A DNA stretch of 20,000 bases, taken from positions 356,026 through 376,025 of the forward strand of contig JBDOQK010000036.1 in NCBI GenBank assembly GCA_040437565.1, written 5' to 3'. Below the pieces are notes generated by a model. It was not told the origin of the DNA, searched no databases, and worked only from the letters and a program-made list of their open reading frames with translations. Both the position numbers and the translations under genes were made by a program. Position 1 is the first letter of the stretch. The number at the start of each line of letters is the position of its first letter. The DNA is from Albugo candida. Its lineage: Eukaryota. Positions 19,757 through 20,000 of this stretch are shown in pieces.

Positions 19757-19949
19757 GTCATACACACTAGCTCAGATGAAGGTGTCTATATTACTAGAAT
19801 TAGACTAACTGACTTCTCTAGTTGCCTAGGCTATCTTAAATAACATATATACATATAAAAACGTTTCGAGAATACCTGTGAGAGTTGATAATATGTCCCT
19901 CGTTGCTAGTTCTGCAGTGCGGTAGCGTTCACCACTACAGTACGAGAGT
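19754..19949 (+). mobile_element. Second long copy of the LTR-like dispersed repeat
   Basis: Reverse complement aligns over ~190 bp with 13504-13698; a further short fragment of its left end occurs at ~19319-19343. Confidence 0.7.
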
Positions 19950-20000
19950 GTGTCCATCGTGTAACGGATAGATGTTGAAAGTTGTAAAGTTGTTAAGTGG

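Overview
Eukaryotic, oomycete-like genomic DNA (short GT-AG introns, an oomycete INR/FPR core-promoter motif, oomycete-type Gypsy remnants; an Albugo/downy-mildew-like lineage is an inference, not proven). Positions 1-9.3 kb are gene-dense. They hold a partial IMPACT/UPF0029-like gene missed by the ORF track, head-to-head with an NAA40/NatD-like acetyltransferase. A WRKY19-like C-x4-C-x9-C-x2-H repeat protein, a PMCA-type Ca2+-ATPase and a 3-exon RPB8 follow. Positions 9.3-20 kb are gene-sparse and repeat-rich, with three 100-N gaps and relics of Tc1/mariner-like and Gypsy elements. This half also has several copies of a ~200-bp LTR-like repeat (one abutting a degenerate tRNA) and a probable cryptic multi-exon gene. 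The most striking structure is a secreted RxLR/EER-like gene with an intact core promoter. It is interrupted by a ~237-bp inverted duplication of its own coding sequence (about 98% identical arms, 24-nt loop), so it is a candidate effector-derived hairpin-RNA/siRNA locus.
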